Virus record (IMG/VR): IMGVR_UViG_3300034127_000005
Span: 1 to 64,000 of that record
Source of the DNA: a virus
Taxonomy: Duplodnaviria; Caudoviricetes
Reading direction: 5' to 3' (one strand)
DNA length: 64,000 bases
Positions within the stretch are counted from its first letter, which is position 1. Each line of letters opens with the position of its first letter. This document shows positions 63,775 through 64,000 of the stretch, in pieces. Both the position numbers and the translations under genes were made by a program. The notes beneath the pieces are model-generated. The model was not told where the DNA came from. It ran no database searches and worked only from the letters and a program-made list of their open reading frames with translations.

Positions 63775-64000
63775 GACAAACAAACGTAGGTAAGTTGCAA
63801 GACTTCTTGAACGCACTCTCTGATAAGGTGCCAGCGGACTTCTCTGTACGTGCCTCGCCAATCTTCGGACAGGAATGGCTGGTGATTATTGAGTCAGCCA
63901 CACAGAAAGACCAGTATCACCTTGACTTAGAGAACGAAACGTGGGTAAGATATGTCTAAGCCAGTACGCAATCCATTAGCTGGTCCTAATCGACGTGTGA

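Overview
This is a 64 kb segment of a lytic, contractile-tailed dsDNA phage. The gene set and order resemble PAK_P1/KPP10/phiPsa374-type Pseudomonas myoviruses; that assignment is inference, as no search was run. Layout: small + strand genes (1-1440); an ~0.8 kb non-coding region with a perfect chromosomal parS site and sigma54-like boxes (1440-2300); a long - strand arm (2.3-29.8 kb) with a TelA/vWA/TerC/TerD cluster, macrodomain, Nampt and Prs homologues (NARP1-like NAD+ reconstitution), kinase plus RNA ligase, phosphoesterase, HD hydrolase, DNA ligase, SF1 helicase, dCMP deaminase, two HNH endonucleases, antirepressor-like protein, ClpP and PhoH; a tRNA array (30.65-33.9 kb) of 23 tRNAs covering all 20 amino acids, 3 aberrant tRNA-like genes and several structured non-tRNA spacers; a complete head/tail/baseplate/fibre/lysis module (34.3-60.4 kb); and further + strand genes. 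The best candidate for an undescribed system is a promoter-to-terminator unit at 62496-63504. It holds a coiled-coil protein followed by a ~295-nt end-paired structured RNA with a perfect T-arm and an array of ~12 heptamer units. All RNA folds were read by eye, not computed.
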